The position numbers were made by a program, and so were the translations under genes. From Myxococcota bacterium (lineage in GTDB: Bacteria; Myxococcota_A; UBA9160; UBA6930), in NCBI GenBank assembly GCA_965223705.1, contig OZ245015.1, positions 4,288,001 through 4,352,000 on the forward strand: a stretch of 64,000 nt of DNA, in the 5' to 3' direction. Under the pieces are notes generated by a model. That model was not told the DNA's origin, searched no databases, and saw nothing but the letters and a program-made list of their open reading frames with translations. This document shows positions 29,771 to 39,404 of the stretch, piece after piece. Position 1 is the stretch's first letter, and each line of letters begins with the position of its first letter.

Positions 29771-30526
29771 TCAGCGCGCCTCCACGGGCAGCGCGACGAA
29801 CTCGATGTTGTCGACGTTCCCTTCATAGATATCGAGGAGCAAGCTCGCCTGACGCGCGAGCTCGGGCTCGTTCGAGAACTCCCATCCGTCGGGCCCCGAA
29901 GGTCGCCCGATCCCTGCAGTTTGCCCTTGGGCGTCGACGTACATCGCCTGGCCGAGGCCCCAGTAGAGCGTCCGCACCTGCACCTTCTGCCCGCCGGAAA
30001 TCGCGCGCGTCTCGCCGACGAAAGAAGCCGTACCGTCGAACTTCTCGACCTGGGCGAGCACGCCGAGAACATTCATCAGCCGTTGGCCCAGCTGGCTCTT
30101 CCCCTTCGAGGGATCCTCTGGAATTTGGACCAGCAGGAGCTTGAGCTTTTCTTGCAGCGGCTGGGGAAGCTGAGGCGCGAGCGAGAGCACTTCTTCTTCC
30201 AGGCCGCGAATCTGCTCCTCGAGGACGGCGCTCGCGCGTTGGTACTCGGCGCGTTGAAGCAGCAACTCTCGCCGCTCTTCGTCCGCCGCGCCTGTCGACG
30301 CTTCGAGTTCTTCGACTTCCTCGGCGAGCGCCTTCTTCTCCTGCTTGAGGAGATCCCGCTCAGAGCGGAGGTACTGTTGATCGATCTCCCAGCCGGACTT
30401 CTCCTCGGAGATGATCTGGCGCGTCTCGACCCACTTCTCGGTCTTGCTGCGGAATGCGTCCACGGAGTCCGCGGCCTGAGCGCTACCCGCAAGAGCGAGC
30501 ACGCCGAGCGCGAGATAACGAAGCAT
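29771..30526 (-). CDS. DUF3450-type periplasmic coiled-coil protein (TtpB-like)
   Basis: Signal peptide, coiled coil, TLYWGLGQAMYV; lies directly upstream of the long ExbB. Confidence 0.8.
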   Translation of the reverse strand: MLRYLALGVLALAGSAQAADSVDAFRSKTEKWVETRQIISEEKSGWEIDQQYLRSERDLLKQEKKALAEEVEELEASTGAADEERRELLLQRAEYQRASAVLEEQIRGLEEEVLSLAPQLPQPLQEKLKLLLVQIPEDPSKGKSQLGQRLMNVLGVLAQVEKFDGTASFVGETRAISGGQKVQVRTLYWGLGQAMYVDAQGQTAGIGRPSGPDGWEFSNEPELARQASLLLDIYEGNVDNIEFVALPVEAR

Positions 30527-30583
30527 GGTGAGAGGCCTCCCTGAGGCCCCCAAGATATGGGGGACGTGTGACGGGAAATCGTA

Positions 30584-30637
30584 GGATGGAAAACGTTTCC
30601 ATCCGGGTTGACCCCGATTTCGTCGCGATTTCGTTAC
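30584..30637. promoter_or_regulatory. Perfect palindrome GGATGGAAA-acg-TTTCCATCC plus 11-bp tandem repeat GATTTCGTCGC/GATTTCGTTAC
   Basis: Seen directly at 30584-30604 and 30616-30637, upstream of the DUF3450-exbB-exbB-exbD unit. Confidence 0.55.
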
Positions 30638-30662
30638 TGAAATCTCTTGCACACGGGTCCCG

Positions 30663-31472
30663 CTAGTTCGCCGCGACCGCCTGGACCTTGAGGTTCTTCA
30701 TGGCTTCGACGAGTCGATCTGCGGTCCCTTCGCCCCAGACTTCTTCGAAATACGAGCGCCCTTCTGAGGAAGTCAGAAGCACTCGCGGATACTCCTCTGC
30801 GGTCACCAACGTCGTCGAGTACGGCTCAGAGAGGCGCTCCATCATGAATGGGATGAGCCACCCTTGCTTCTGCAGGACACGCATCACCTCGATGTCCGGG
30901 GCATCGCCTTGGGGGAAGAAGACGGGCATGACAGCCTCCGGGATCGCCCGCTCGCGGATCGCGCGCGCCATGGCCTCGAAGGCTTCCGACTCGGGATCGG
31001 CGAAGATGTTCAAGAATCCGGCGGCGGCTTCCGCCTCGATCGGGTTTAGCGGGTTGGGCAACACACCTGACGATTCGAAAAGCCGCGGGACAACCGATGT
31101 CGTGAAATTTGCGCGCCGCTTCCGAATTTCGCCGCGGCGAATGCCGTTCGCCGCTTCGACAATGTTCGTCGACGTTATGGGAACGCGAAAGATTCCGTAG
31201 CTCGGCAGGTCAATCCGCGCGTGGCCTTCGGGCTCGACTCGAATGAGGATTCCCTTGGCGCCCTTACGCAGCGTCAGCGCAGACCCGGGCGGACTCCAGT
31301 CGGCGGCCATTTCGACGCGGTATGGCCAAAAGGCTTCTCGGTCGAGCAGATTGCCGACCGTGACTTCATCAGGTGGCGTCGTCGCAGCAACCTTCTCCGA
31401 ATGGGTCTCTGTGCATGCAACGAGCATCAGGGCCGAGAAGGTAAACGCGACGGGAAGCGTGAGAGATCTCAT
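30663..31472 (-). CDS. Lipoprotein; C-terminal half resembles a thioredoxin-like fold lacking CxxC
   Basis: Lipobox LVAC; FLNIFADPESEAF…VMPVFF…WLIPF…YPRVLLTSSEG pattern. Confidence 0.7.
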   Translation of the reverse strand: MRSLTLPVAFTFSALMLVACTETHSEKVAATTPPDEVTVGNLLDREAFWPYRVEMAADWSPPGSALTLRKGAKGILIRVEPEGHARIDLPSYGIFRVPITSTNIVEAANGIRRGEIRKRRANFTTSVVPRLFESSGVLPNPLNPIEAEAAAGFLNIFADPESEAFEAMARAIRERAIPEAVMPVFFPQGDAPDIEVMRVLQKQGWLIPFMMERLSEPYSTTLVTAEEYPRVLLTSSEGRSYFEEVWGEGTADRLVEAMKNLKVQAVAAN

Positions 31473-31511
31473 AGAAGAACTCGTTCCATTCAGTGGTTGA
31501 TTGATTCAAGT

Positions 31512-31547
31512 GAAGCGCCGCCGCCCCGAGAAGGGCGACGGCGCTTC
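31512..31547 (-). terminator. Strong stem-loop downstream of the PEP-CTERM gene
   Basis: 15-bp arms GAAGCGCCGCCGCCC/GGGCGACGGCGCTTC (one G-U pair on the minus strand); weak U tract. Confidence 0.6.
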
Positions 31548-31573
31548 GAATCAGGCAAGGCCCGCTGACCGCC

Positions 31574-32371
31574 TTAGCGGCGCACGCGGCCCGCGCGCTG
31601 GAGGCCGAGGAGACCCGCCAGCAGCATGAGAGCCGTCGACGGCTCCGGAATCGGCGCCGTCGTCGCGCTGATACCGAGGTTGTCGATCGCGGTGTTGCCT
31701 TGGTCGAAGGTCAAGCGAACGAACGCCATCGTCCCACCGTCGAGGAGCCCCGGCAGATTGACATTGTAGAGCGCCGCCGCGTCGGTGAGGTTCAACGTGG
31801 TGACCGCGCTGTAGGCCGCACCATCCGCCGAAGCCTCGACTTGGATAGTTCCCGCGTCCGCGCCGAGAATCATCACGCCCGCCAGGTCGAGCATATACTG
31901 AGTGCCGAGCAAGCCGACTGTGGTGAGGTCCGACTTGAAGACGATGCTCGTCGCCGCGGTGGCTTCGAGGCTCACGTCCGAGTACGGAAAACCGCGAGCG
32001 GGGTCCTCGGCGAAGAGCTGGGGAAGGTTGTCAAACGGACTGTCGCCCGCGGGCGTCCCGTTCTGCGGCAGTGTGTCGCCCAAAGCCCCGAATTGGTCGA
32101 CGGTCGAAAGAACCGAAGCACTCGCAGAGGCACCGTTTTGACCGTTGATGAAAGCGGTACCGAACGCTCGGGACTCCGCTCCCACGCCCTGTGTAGGGTC
32201 GAAATCCGAGTAGAGGGCATCGAGTGCTTCGGCAGGAGCACCGGAGGCATCGATGAAGTTCACACCTGCTGCGACGTATTCTGAGAAGTCCCAGCCGGCG
32301 ATGAAGGCGGCGTTTGCGCTACTGGAAGCCAGTAGGAGCGAAGCCGCGATTGCCATGGTCTTTTTGATCAT
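31574..32371 (-). CDS. PEP-CTERM sorting domain protein
   Basis: Signal peptide ending ANA; IAGWDFS start; C-terminal IPEPSTALMLLAGLLGL-QRAGRVRR; alternative start 32386. Confidence 0.9.
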   Translation of the reverse strand: MIKKTMAIAASLLLASSSANAAFIAGWDFSEYVAAGVNFIDASGAPAEALDALYSDFDPTQGVGAESRAFGTAFINGQNGASASASVLSTVDQFGALGDTLPQNGTPAGDSPFDNLPQLFAEDPARGFPYSDVSLEATAATSIVFKSDLTTVGLLGTQYMLDLAGVMILGADAGTIQVEASADGAAYSAVTTLNLTDAAALYNVNLPGLLDGGTMAFVRLTFDQGNTAIDNLGISATTAPIPEPSTALMLLAGLLGLQRAGRVRR

Positions 32372-32386
32372 TAGAGCTTCCTTCAT

Positions 32387-32458
32387 TGCGCCTCACCAGA
32401 GGCGCACGTCATAAGTGCAGCGAGGTGCCGGGCCTCGCCGGAGCGGAGCCCGGCACCT
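32387..32458. other. Two intergenic hairpins (TGCGCCTC/GAGGCGCA; AGGTGCCGGGC/GCCCGGCACCT)
   Basis: Perfect 8-bp and 11-bp inverted repeats between the beta-helix gene and the PEP-CTERM gene. Confidence 0.6.
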
Positions 32459-32477
32459 GGAGAGCAGCTGCGTCCGC

Positions 32478-34163
32478 CTAGAGCAAGCCGGCGAGATCGA
32501 GCACGGTCCAACCGTCCGTCCAGAGCGGCTGACCGGCAATGAACCCGCCGCGGGTCGAGGACGTTCCCAGCGGAATCGTTCCGCCGATTGCACCCAACCC
32601 ACCCGGTCGAGGATCAATCGGGGCCGACTTGAGACCGGCGCTCAGCTTGTTTGCGGAGTCGCCCGTCGGGTCGAAGGACGTGTCGGCATTGCCGAAGGTC
32701 GCGCCGATCGTGTTTAAGCGGTTCACGCCGAGAGCCGAGGTCCGCGTGTCTGCGTCGCCGCAAGCGAGGAGCGCCAGCTCCGTTGCGTTCTGACCACCCG
32801 AACCACCTTGGAACGTCGAGGACAGCACTTCGGTCGTGCAGGCTTCCGGTGTCCCCGTGCCGTCGATTTGTTCGGCGGTGGAGAAGCCGGTGCATCCATC
32901 AGACGTGTTGTCGTCGACGTCGATGCCTTGACCGATCGGGTTGTTCACGATCGCGTTCACGAGCATGCCGCCGGCGCCGTTGCGGAATTGCACACCGCGG
33001 TTGTTGCCCACGCCTGCGACGCCCGTGGGCGTGAAGTCAGGCGAAGTGACGAGACCGGACCCGAAAGTGGTCCAGTTTGCGAACCGGAAGTTCGACTTCG
33101 GTCGGCAATCGGCCGTGATACCCTTGTCGGCATCGTTGAAGTCGTCGCCGTCGAGCTCGCCGGCCTTGTCGCCGGAGTCGGAGCCGAAGGTTCCGATGTT
33201 ATCGGTCTCGCCAAAGAAGGGCATAATGGCGAAGAGATCTTCATTCACGCCGGTGTAGCCCTGATCGGTGTCGAAGGAATCATCGCCGGCAAATGTCACC
33301 ATCAGATTGTTTCCGTTGACGGTTCCGCCGAACCATTCCATGCCGTCGTCGAAGTTCGCAAAGACCTCGATGAACTCGAAAACGGTCGCGTCGCCGACGC
33401 CGGCGAGAGTCACGCCATTGATCTCGTTCGCTGTACCGATCTGGTCGCCACCGTGTTTGACCTGGATGAATCGCATCGTGCCGCTGTAATCGTGGACCAG
33501 CGGATTCGCGCTGTTGCCGTAGGAAGCCTGGAGCGAGTCGACATCGCCCGGGAGCTCGATCCCCTCAACGGTGCACTCGCCGAGGAGGCTGCCTGACAAG
33601 CCCGCGCAATCGGAGCCGTTGCCGACGTTCACCGGTGCTTCGCCGAGGATCACGAGGCCACCCCAGAGCTGAACCGCCGCGGTGCCATCGGCGGCAAGCG
33701 GAGCGGACGGAACGGTCGTGGGCGTGTCGTCCCAGTACTGCGACTCGAGAGTCGCCCCGGTCGCCTGGTTGAGGAAGGCACCCGTACGGTCCGGCACGTT
33801 GTCCGAGTTGAGATCGAGAGCAGCCGTCGTGAAGATGATCGGGGACGTCGGGAGCCCTTGGGCTTCGAGCGCACCTTGGCGCGTGATAATCAGAGAGCCA
33901 GGAGCTCCGGCCGAGCCCGCGGCGGAACGCCCCTGTCCGCGAACGACGCAGCCAGGGAGAATTGTGAGCACGACCGGCTCGCCACCCTTCGTTCCGTCAC
34001 CGACGGCCACCGGGCCGTCGAGCAGAATCGGGCAGGGATTCGGCGCGACGCCCCAAGTCTCGGACGACGCGATCGTGCCCGACTTCACTGTGCTTTGAGC
34101 ACCTGCCGAACCGGCGACACCGGCGACGGCAAGGGCAATCAAGGCAGTCAACAATCTGCGCAT
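32478..34163 (-). CDS. Exported beta-helix-like protein of a family found beside TonB-dependent receptors
   Basis: Signal peptide; LTILPG, PIIFT, WGGLVILGEAP, EINGVTLAGVG, DDGMEWFGGTVN, GDDSFDTDQGY, WTDGWT; GAGGA SD. Confidence 0.85.
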   Translation of the reverse strand: MRRLLTALIALAVAGVAGSAGAQSTVKSGTIASSETWGVAPNPCPILLDGPVAVGDGTKGGEPVVLTILPGCVVRGQGRSAAGSAGAPGSLIITRQGALEAQGLPTSPIIFTTAALDLNSDNVPDRTGAFLNQATGATLESQYWDDTPTTVPSAPLAADGTAAVQLWGGLVILGEAPVNVGNGSDCAGLSGSLLGECTVEGIELPGDVDSLQASYGNSANPLVHDYSGTMRFIQVKHGGDQIGTANEINGVTLAGVGDATVFEFIEVFANFDDGMEWFGGTVNGNNLMVTFAGDDSFDTDQGYTGVNEDLFAIMPFFGETDNIGTFGSDSGDKAGELDGDDFNDADKGITADCRPKSNFRFANWTTFGSGLVTSPDFTPTGVAGVGNNRGVQFRNGAGGMLVNAIVNNPIGQGIDVDDNTSDGCTGFSTAEQIDGTGTPEACTTEVLSSTFQGGSGGQNATELALLACGDADTRTSALGVNRLNTIGATFGNADTSFDPTGDSANKLSAGLKSAPIDPRPGGLGAIGGTIPLGTSSTRGGFIAGQPLWTDGWTVLDLAGLL

Positions 34164-34264
34164 GGTAATTGTGGTTCCTCTGGATGAGTTTGTTTCAACG
34201 CCGAGCCCCGCTCCCCGTCCTCGAGGTTCTGGCCCACCGTCGGCGCCTAATGTGTCAGTGCGGG

Positions 34265-34314
34265 GTGACACACGCGCCGCGCTCGTGTGATGTTTCGTTT
34301 GCCCCTCGGTGACA
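34265..34314 (-). promoter_or_regulatory. Three TGTCAC/CATCAC half-sites at exact 22-bp spacing (Pho-box-like)
   Basis: Plus-strand GTGAC 34265, GTGAT 34287, GTGAC 34309. Confidence 0.55.
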
Positions 34315-34352
34315 AGACATTCTTCCCCCTGGGACGCTCATCTCGCGCCTTC

Positions 34353-37300
34353 TCAGAACGTTCGCCGATAGGAAAGGGAGACCGAATAGTCCCGCCCGGA
34401 GCGGAACCGCCGCTCGTAAATGTCGCTGCTTGTCTGCTCGGGGTCGTAGAGGACACCCCGTTGGCTGTCGAGGAGGTTCTTCGCACTGAACTTCAGGACC
34501 AGCGGTTCGAACGTTTCCTTGCCCGGGCGAAGAAACCCGAAGCTCTGGCTGAACACCAAGTCGAGCTGAGAAAAGCCATCGGTGAACTGATCCAGGATCA
34601 GCGAGTTGACCTGTCGGTTCGGGGCGATCTGAGCCACGCCTGCGGCGTTGAGGACATCACTGATCGAGAAGAGCGCTAGGGTGGCCTTCGTTCCCCAAGC
34701 CGGATGGTCGAAGCTCAAGTCGACGTTCGCGATCCACTCCGGCTGTCCGAAAAGGCGCCGCTTCTCCTCGAGACCGCCGAAACGAGCGAGGCCGTCCGCT
34801 TCCGTCGTGCCAAAGAACCCCTCTGAGCGCGCGAGGGTCGCGAAACCGCGTTCCACTTCGGCGTCGATGTACGTGAAATTCCCGCCGATCGAGAAGTAGC
34901 TCGGGAACTCGGACTTGATCGGCTGGTAACCAAAGATCTTCCCGGCCAGGAAGCCCAGGTTCTTGCGCGCCTCGAACTCGAAACCGAGGAGATCGGCATC
35001 TGTCTGGTTGTTGAACCACGTGCGATAAAACGCGAACGAAGTCGAGTCATTGATCGTAGGATCGCGGAGCACGATCTTCTCGATCGGATCCTCAATCGTT
35101 TTATGAAATACGCTGAACGCGACCAGATCGCCTTGGTCGCCCCAGGTGTACTCCAAGCGCGCGTCGAAACTCTCGACTCTCGAGACGTCGAGCTGCGGGT
35201 TCCCGACCTCGAGACCGCTGCTGTCGACGGGAATCGTGACGTAGTAGCCGAGCTCGCGAAAAGACGGACGCGCGACCGTCTTTGAATAGGCGAGTCGTAG
35301 ATTGACACCTTCGAAGGGGCGATAGCCGACACCAATCGTGGGAAGGAAGAACCGCTCGTCGAGCTCCCCGTCGATCAGACTGTTGGGATCATCGACATCC
35401 ACGAATCCCGTGGCTGGATCGATTTGGACGTCGAGCCCGAGAATCTCGTCATTGAACACTGTGCCTGGGACCGCCGTGCCCTCGGTTCGCGTCACCGAAT
35501 TGTCGAGTCGGTCGAAAAACAAATAGCGAGAGGGAAAGACTTCGGGCGCTCCGAGAATCACTTTCGGATCGCCGTTTCGATCGAACGCCCGAGCGTCATT
35601 CGCCGAGGTCAAGCGCAGCGATTCGACGCGAAACCCGCCGAAGACATCGAACACATCCCAGAAGGTGAGCTTCGTATCGAAGTTGAAGGACCAGACCCGC
35701 CTTTCGGACTCGTTGCTCGACAATTGGAGGTTCACCAGTCGGTCCGTGTCGGGGTCCACCGCCAAGCTCGGGATCAGATTGGTCCCCACTTCCTCGAACG
35801 AATCGCCGAGCGCGATCCCCTGCGAGAAGTTCGCCAAGCAAATATCTCGCTCGAATCGACAGCGCTCTTGATCGAACAGAACGCCATCGCCGAGGAAACT
35901 CGCCCCGACATCGCGATCGGAGTTTTCGTACCAGCCGCCGGCGCGGATCGTCCAATCGACGAATCCGAACAATGACCGCTCGTAGCTGATGTCGAGGCGT
36001 GCGAAGTTCTGATTCTCTTCAATTTCGGTGTCGCTGAGCAAAATGTCGTCATTAATCGCGAAGACGCCGTCGCGTTCCGTTATCGGGTAGGTCTCCGGAA
36101 TGAAGGCAAGGTCCGGAGACGTGTTGAAGATCCGGTTCCTCAGTCCGAATTCTTCCTGGTCTGTTCGCGCCGTGTTGGCCACCCAGTTGATCTCGAGCCC
36201 TTCGAAGCGGTCCCAGCGGTGAGACCCATTGATCTGAAAGAGAGTCAGCGAACGCTCGCGATCGACACCCCGACCTTCGTTCACGTTCGACAGCCACTGA
36301 TGCCCTCGGAGAGGCGACGATGTGCGTCCACCCTCGTCGGAGTTGATATTGAACGCGATCCACGACCCCGGTGTCGCGAAGTTGTTGAAGCTGTCGGCAG
36401 AGACCGCTTCTCCCTGCAGTGTGTCGTCGACGAACACGTCGTAGTCGAACCCGGGAATGAAGCCGTTTTCTTTGTGCTGGACGATTTCCTCTTCCTTTTT
36501 CGTGTCGAAGAACGTGAAATCGATGGTGTGGTTCCCCTCGGTGTCGAGGTCGAAACCCAAGCCGCTAAACGCGGTGCGTTGCAGGACGCGCTCGCTCTGG
36601 GTGAGCTCGAACAGGCCTTCCGAGAGGTTGAGCTCGCCGAAGGCGAGGTCTCCGGACTGCTCTTCTCGCAAACCGGCGACTTCAAAACCGAACGGCGGTG
36701 TGATCAAGAGGTTCCGGCGACGCGGTTCCCGCGTTTCCTGAAATCCCTCCGACGTGGAGTAGTCGATCTCGTTGCTCAAGATCGCCTTGAAGCGGACGTT
36801 GCGACCGAAGAGTTCGTTGTTTCCTCCGGCGGAGACCTTGAAATCTGTCTCGAACGGGTTTGACCGGTCGCCACCCGTCGATGATTGGTCGTTGTACCGG
36901 AGGAACGTGTCCTGGGCTCGGTCCTCGAGCCCAGCGCCGGCGCTGAACTCGATGAAGAAGTTGTCTTCGGTGTACTGGTCGGTGCGGATGTCGATCGTAC
37001 CGCCCGCGGAGTTTCCGGGCGCGTCTGCGCCGAAGGTCTTCGCCACGACCAAGTTCGAGACGACTTCCGCGGGAAACAGATCGAGCTGAACCGATTGGCT
37101 CTCCGGGTCCGGGCTCGGTACCGGCGCGCCGTTAAAGAGCGTGCTGCTGTACCGATCTTCGAGGCCGCGAATAATGGCGAACTGCCCCTCGACGATGTTG
37201 ACGCCGGCCACGCGCTTGAGCGCATCGGCCACGTCGCTGGCCGCGAACCGCGAGAGGTCCTCGGCGCTCATGATGTTCAGCAGTTCATCGGACTCGAGCC

Positions 37301-37847
37301 GCAGCTCGAGCGATGTCATGATCTCGCTCACCGTAGACGCTTCGACGACGAACGCTTCGAGGTCGAGCACCTCGCGGCCTTCTTCGGTGGGGAGCGGCGG
37401 CATCGGAAAATCGGCGCGGTTCAGTTGCCCGGCGACGACCTGAAAGTCGGTCATGGTCGATGCTCGGTAGCCAGACTTCACGAAGCTCAGGCTGTACGAG
37501 CCTTCGGGGATCGAAGGAAACGTGAACGCGCCGTCCGGGTCGGTGAGCTGAACTTCCTGGCGGGGTTCGGATCCATCGCCGGGGTCGGGCCACACGACAA
37601 TGACCGAAACACCTGATACGGGCACGCCTGCTTCGGAATCGAACACCTGACCTGCCACACTTCCGTGGCCCGCCGCCGCTTCCGTCGCGGGTGCATCTTT
37701 GTCGACCGCGCTGGCGCTACCGATATTGCCGAGAACGTCTTCGAGGTCTCCCTGTGCCGACACGGGGAGCGCCATCATCAGGCAGAGCGCTGTGGCGGCG
37801 ATGATTGCAAGAGCGCAATGCGCCAGGTGGGGAGCGATTCGCTTCAT
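34353..37847 (-). CDS. Large TonB-dependent receptor with N-terminal carboxypeptidase-regulatory-like extension
   Basis: Signal peptide; GSVAGQVFD…GSYSLSFVKSGY extension; plug DVADALKRVAGV…IRGLEDRY…LDLFP; ARPSFREL, GNPQL, KNLLD; C-terminal Phe. Confidence 0.95.
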   Translation of the reverse strand: MKRIAPHLAHCALAIIAATALCLMMALPVSAQGDLEDVLGNIGSASAVDKDAPATEAAAGHGSVAGQVFDSEAGVPVSGVSVIVVWPDPGDGSEPRQEVQLTDPDGAFTFPSIPEGSYSLSFVKSGYRASTMTDFQVVAGQLNRADFPMPPLPTEEGREVLDLEAFVVEASTVSEIMTSLELRLESDELLNIMSAEDLSRFAASDVADALKRVAGVNIVEGQFAIIRGLEDRYSSTLFNGAPVPSPDPESQSVQLDLFPAEVVSNLVVAKTFGADAPGNSAGGTIDIRTDQYTEDNFFIEFSAGAGLEDRAQDTFLRYNDQSSTGGDRSNPFETDFKVSAGGNNELFGRNVRFKAILSNEIDYSTSEGFQETREPRRRNLLITPPFGFEVAGLREEQSGDLAFGELNLSEGLFELTQSERVLQRTAFSGLGFDLDTEGNHTIDFTFFDTKKEEEIVQHKENGFIPGFDYDVFVDDTLQGEAVSADSFNNFATPGSWIAFNINSDEGGRTSSPLRGHQWLSNVNEGRGVDRERSLTLFQINGSHRWDRFEGLEINWVANTARTDQEEFGLRNRIFNTSPDLAFIPETYPITERDGVFAINDDILLSDTEIEENQNFARLDISYERSLFGFVDWTIRAGGWYENSDRDVGASFLGDGVLFDQERCRFERDICLANFSQGIALGDSFEEVGTNLIPSLAVDPDTDRLVNLQLSSNESERRVWSFNFDTKLTFWDVFDVFGGFRVESLRLTSANDARAFDRNGDPKVILGAPEVFPSRYLFFDRLDNSVTRTEGTAVPGTVFNDEILGLDVQIDPATGFVDVDDPNSLIDGELDERFFLPTIGVGYRPFEGVNLRLAYSKTVARPSFRELGYYVTIPVDSSGLEVGNPQLDVSRVESFDARLEYTWGDQGDLVAFSVFHKTIEDPIEKIVLRDPTINDSTSFAFYRTWFNNQTDADLLGFEFEARKNLGFLAGKIFGYQPIKSEFPSYFSIGGNFTYIDAEVERGFATLARSEGFFGTTEADGLARFGGLEEKRRLFGQPEWIANVDLSFDHPAWGTKATLALFSISDVLNAAGVAQIAPNRQVNSLILDQFTDGFSQLDLVFSQSFGFLRPGKETFEPLVLKFSAKNLLDSQRGVLYDPEQTSSDIYERRFRSGRDYSVSLSYRRTF

Positions 37848-37901
37848 CGATTTTTGCTCGGTCGGCAACGCTTTCGGATGCGCCGGTACTCTACTGATGG
37901 T

Positions 37902-37977
37902 CCGATGAATCGGAGCCTCACTCGCGTGATGAAACCGGGGTGATTCTGTGACGCGACGGAGGCGCGCCGATGAATCG
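37902..37977 (-). promoter_or_regulatory. Three half-sites at 22-bp spacing plus a duplicated CCGATGAATCG
   Basis: Plus-strand GTGAT 37926, GTGAC 37948, ATGAA 37970; CCGATGAATCG at 37902 and 37967. Confidence 0.5.
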
Positions 37978-37985
37978 CGTTCGCA

Positions 37986-39341
37986 CTAGCGGGGGCGTAC
38001 GGCTCCTTCGACGCGGGCGAGGAATCGTTCGACGCGCGGCTCGCGCTTGATCGCGAGCGCATCGCGCAGGAGCTCGGCCGCCTTCGCGTAGTCGCGACCG
38101 GTAACGGCGAACTGAGCGTGCTCGAGCAGCGCGCGATATTCGAAGTCGTCGAGCTTTCGGGCGCGCTCCACCAGGAGAATCGCACGCTCTTCCTGACCGC
38201 GTCCGTGGTAGTAGGACGCGAGCTCGAGCAGTGCCTCTCCGCGGGTCCCGTCGCGATCGACGATGGATTCCAGCAGCTTCGCCGCTTCTTTCTCGCGACC
38301 TTCGGCGCGCGCGACCTTCGCTTTCAGGGTCAGCACCTTGAGCTCGTCCTCTTGCGAAAGCTCCTTGGCGTAGCGCGCGTCGACGGAGTTGAGGATTTCT
38401 TTTGCCGAGTCGAACGAGCGCGTCCGAATCAAGAGCTCAGCCGCGCGGTACGCCGTCGTAAACTGGCCGCCGCTCTTGTCGGAACGAATCACGTCGAGGT
38501 ACGCGTTCTTCGCTAAGTCGTACATCCCCGCGTTCATGTAGATATCGCCGAGCAGCACGAGACTGCTGGTCTCGGTTTTTCCCATCATGCGAACGGCTTC
38601 TAAGTTGGTCGCGGCATCCATCGGTTGCTCGAGCCCGATGTACGCGTTGGCCTGGAGCATCCAGGCACTGACGTCGCTGGGATCGTCTTCGATCAAGCTT
38701 TGGAACAGGGCTACGGCCTCGCGGTGCTGGTTCGTCGCGAGAAGTGCGCGCGCCAGGCCGAGCTGCCAATCTCGCGTGTCGGGCTCCTGCAAGATCGCGT
38801 TGCTGTACGCCTCTTTCGCCGCCAGGTTCTTCTCGAGGTTGATGTAGCAGTAGCCGAGCAGGCCGTAGTTCCGGCCGTCGCGGTCGCCGAGCTCGACCGC
38901 GCGGCCGAGGTGCGCAGCACCGCCTTTGAAATCGCCCTTCTGGACGCGCAGGAGTCCCAGGTTCTTGTGGGCGCGCCGGAAGTCCGGAAACTTGTCGATC
39001 GCGCTGCTGTAGTGCTTGGCGGCGGAATCGAGCTGACCGTTCTGAAAACTCAGGTTCGCGAGGACGAAGTCGAGCGCCGCACTACTGTCGCCGGTGATCT
39101 GTTGCGCGAGGACGCTTTCCGCAGCTTTGGGGTTGGCCTTCATCAGCCCGATGACTTCCCGCAGCAACTCGAGCTCGGTGTCTTTGACCTGAGGCTCGGC
39201 GCCGGAGAGAAAGCCGTAGCTTCCGAGAAAGCGCTTCTTCCACTCGGGATCGTCCAAGAATGAGGAGATCTCCGGAGAAGTTGCCGCGGTCGCCGCGCTG
39301 GCGAGTAGAACGAAACAGGCTGCGAGGATTGTTGTGCGCAT
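37986..39341 (-). CDS. Periplasmic tetratricopeptide repeat protein (TtpD-like)
   Basis: Signal peptide; TPR helices (AHKNLGLL, YGLLGYCY, AWMLQANAY, LLGDIYM). Confidence 0.9.
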   Translation of the reverse strand: MRTTILAACFVLLASAATAATSPEISSFLDDPEWKKRFLGSYGFLSGAEPQVKDTELELLREVIGLMKANPKAAESVLAQQITGDSSAALDFVLANLSFQNGQLDSAAKHYSSAIDKFPDFRRAHKNLGLLRVQKGDFKGGAAHLGRAVELGDRDGRNYGLLGYCYINLEKNLAAKEAYSNAILQEPDTRDWQLGLARALLATNQHREAVALFQSLIEDDPSDVSAWMLQANAYIGLEQPMDAATNLEAVRMMGKTETSSLVLLGDIYMNAGMYDLAKNAYLDVIRSDKSGGQFTTAYRAAELLIRTRSFDSAKEILNSVDARYAKELSQEDELKVLTLKAKVARAEGREKEAAKLLESIVDRDGTRGEALLELASYYHGRGQEERAILLVERARKLDDFEYRALLEHAQFAVTGRDYAKAAELLRDALAIKREPRVERFLARVEGAVRPR

Positions 39342-39404
39342 CACCGGCGAGGCTACTCGATCGGAATGCGCCGAAGTGTTCCGGTCGAGCCGTTCGGCCG
39401 TCTC

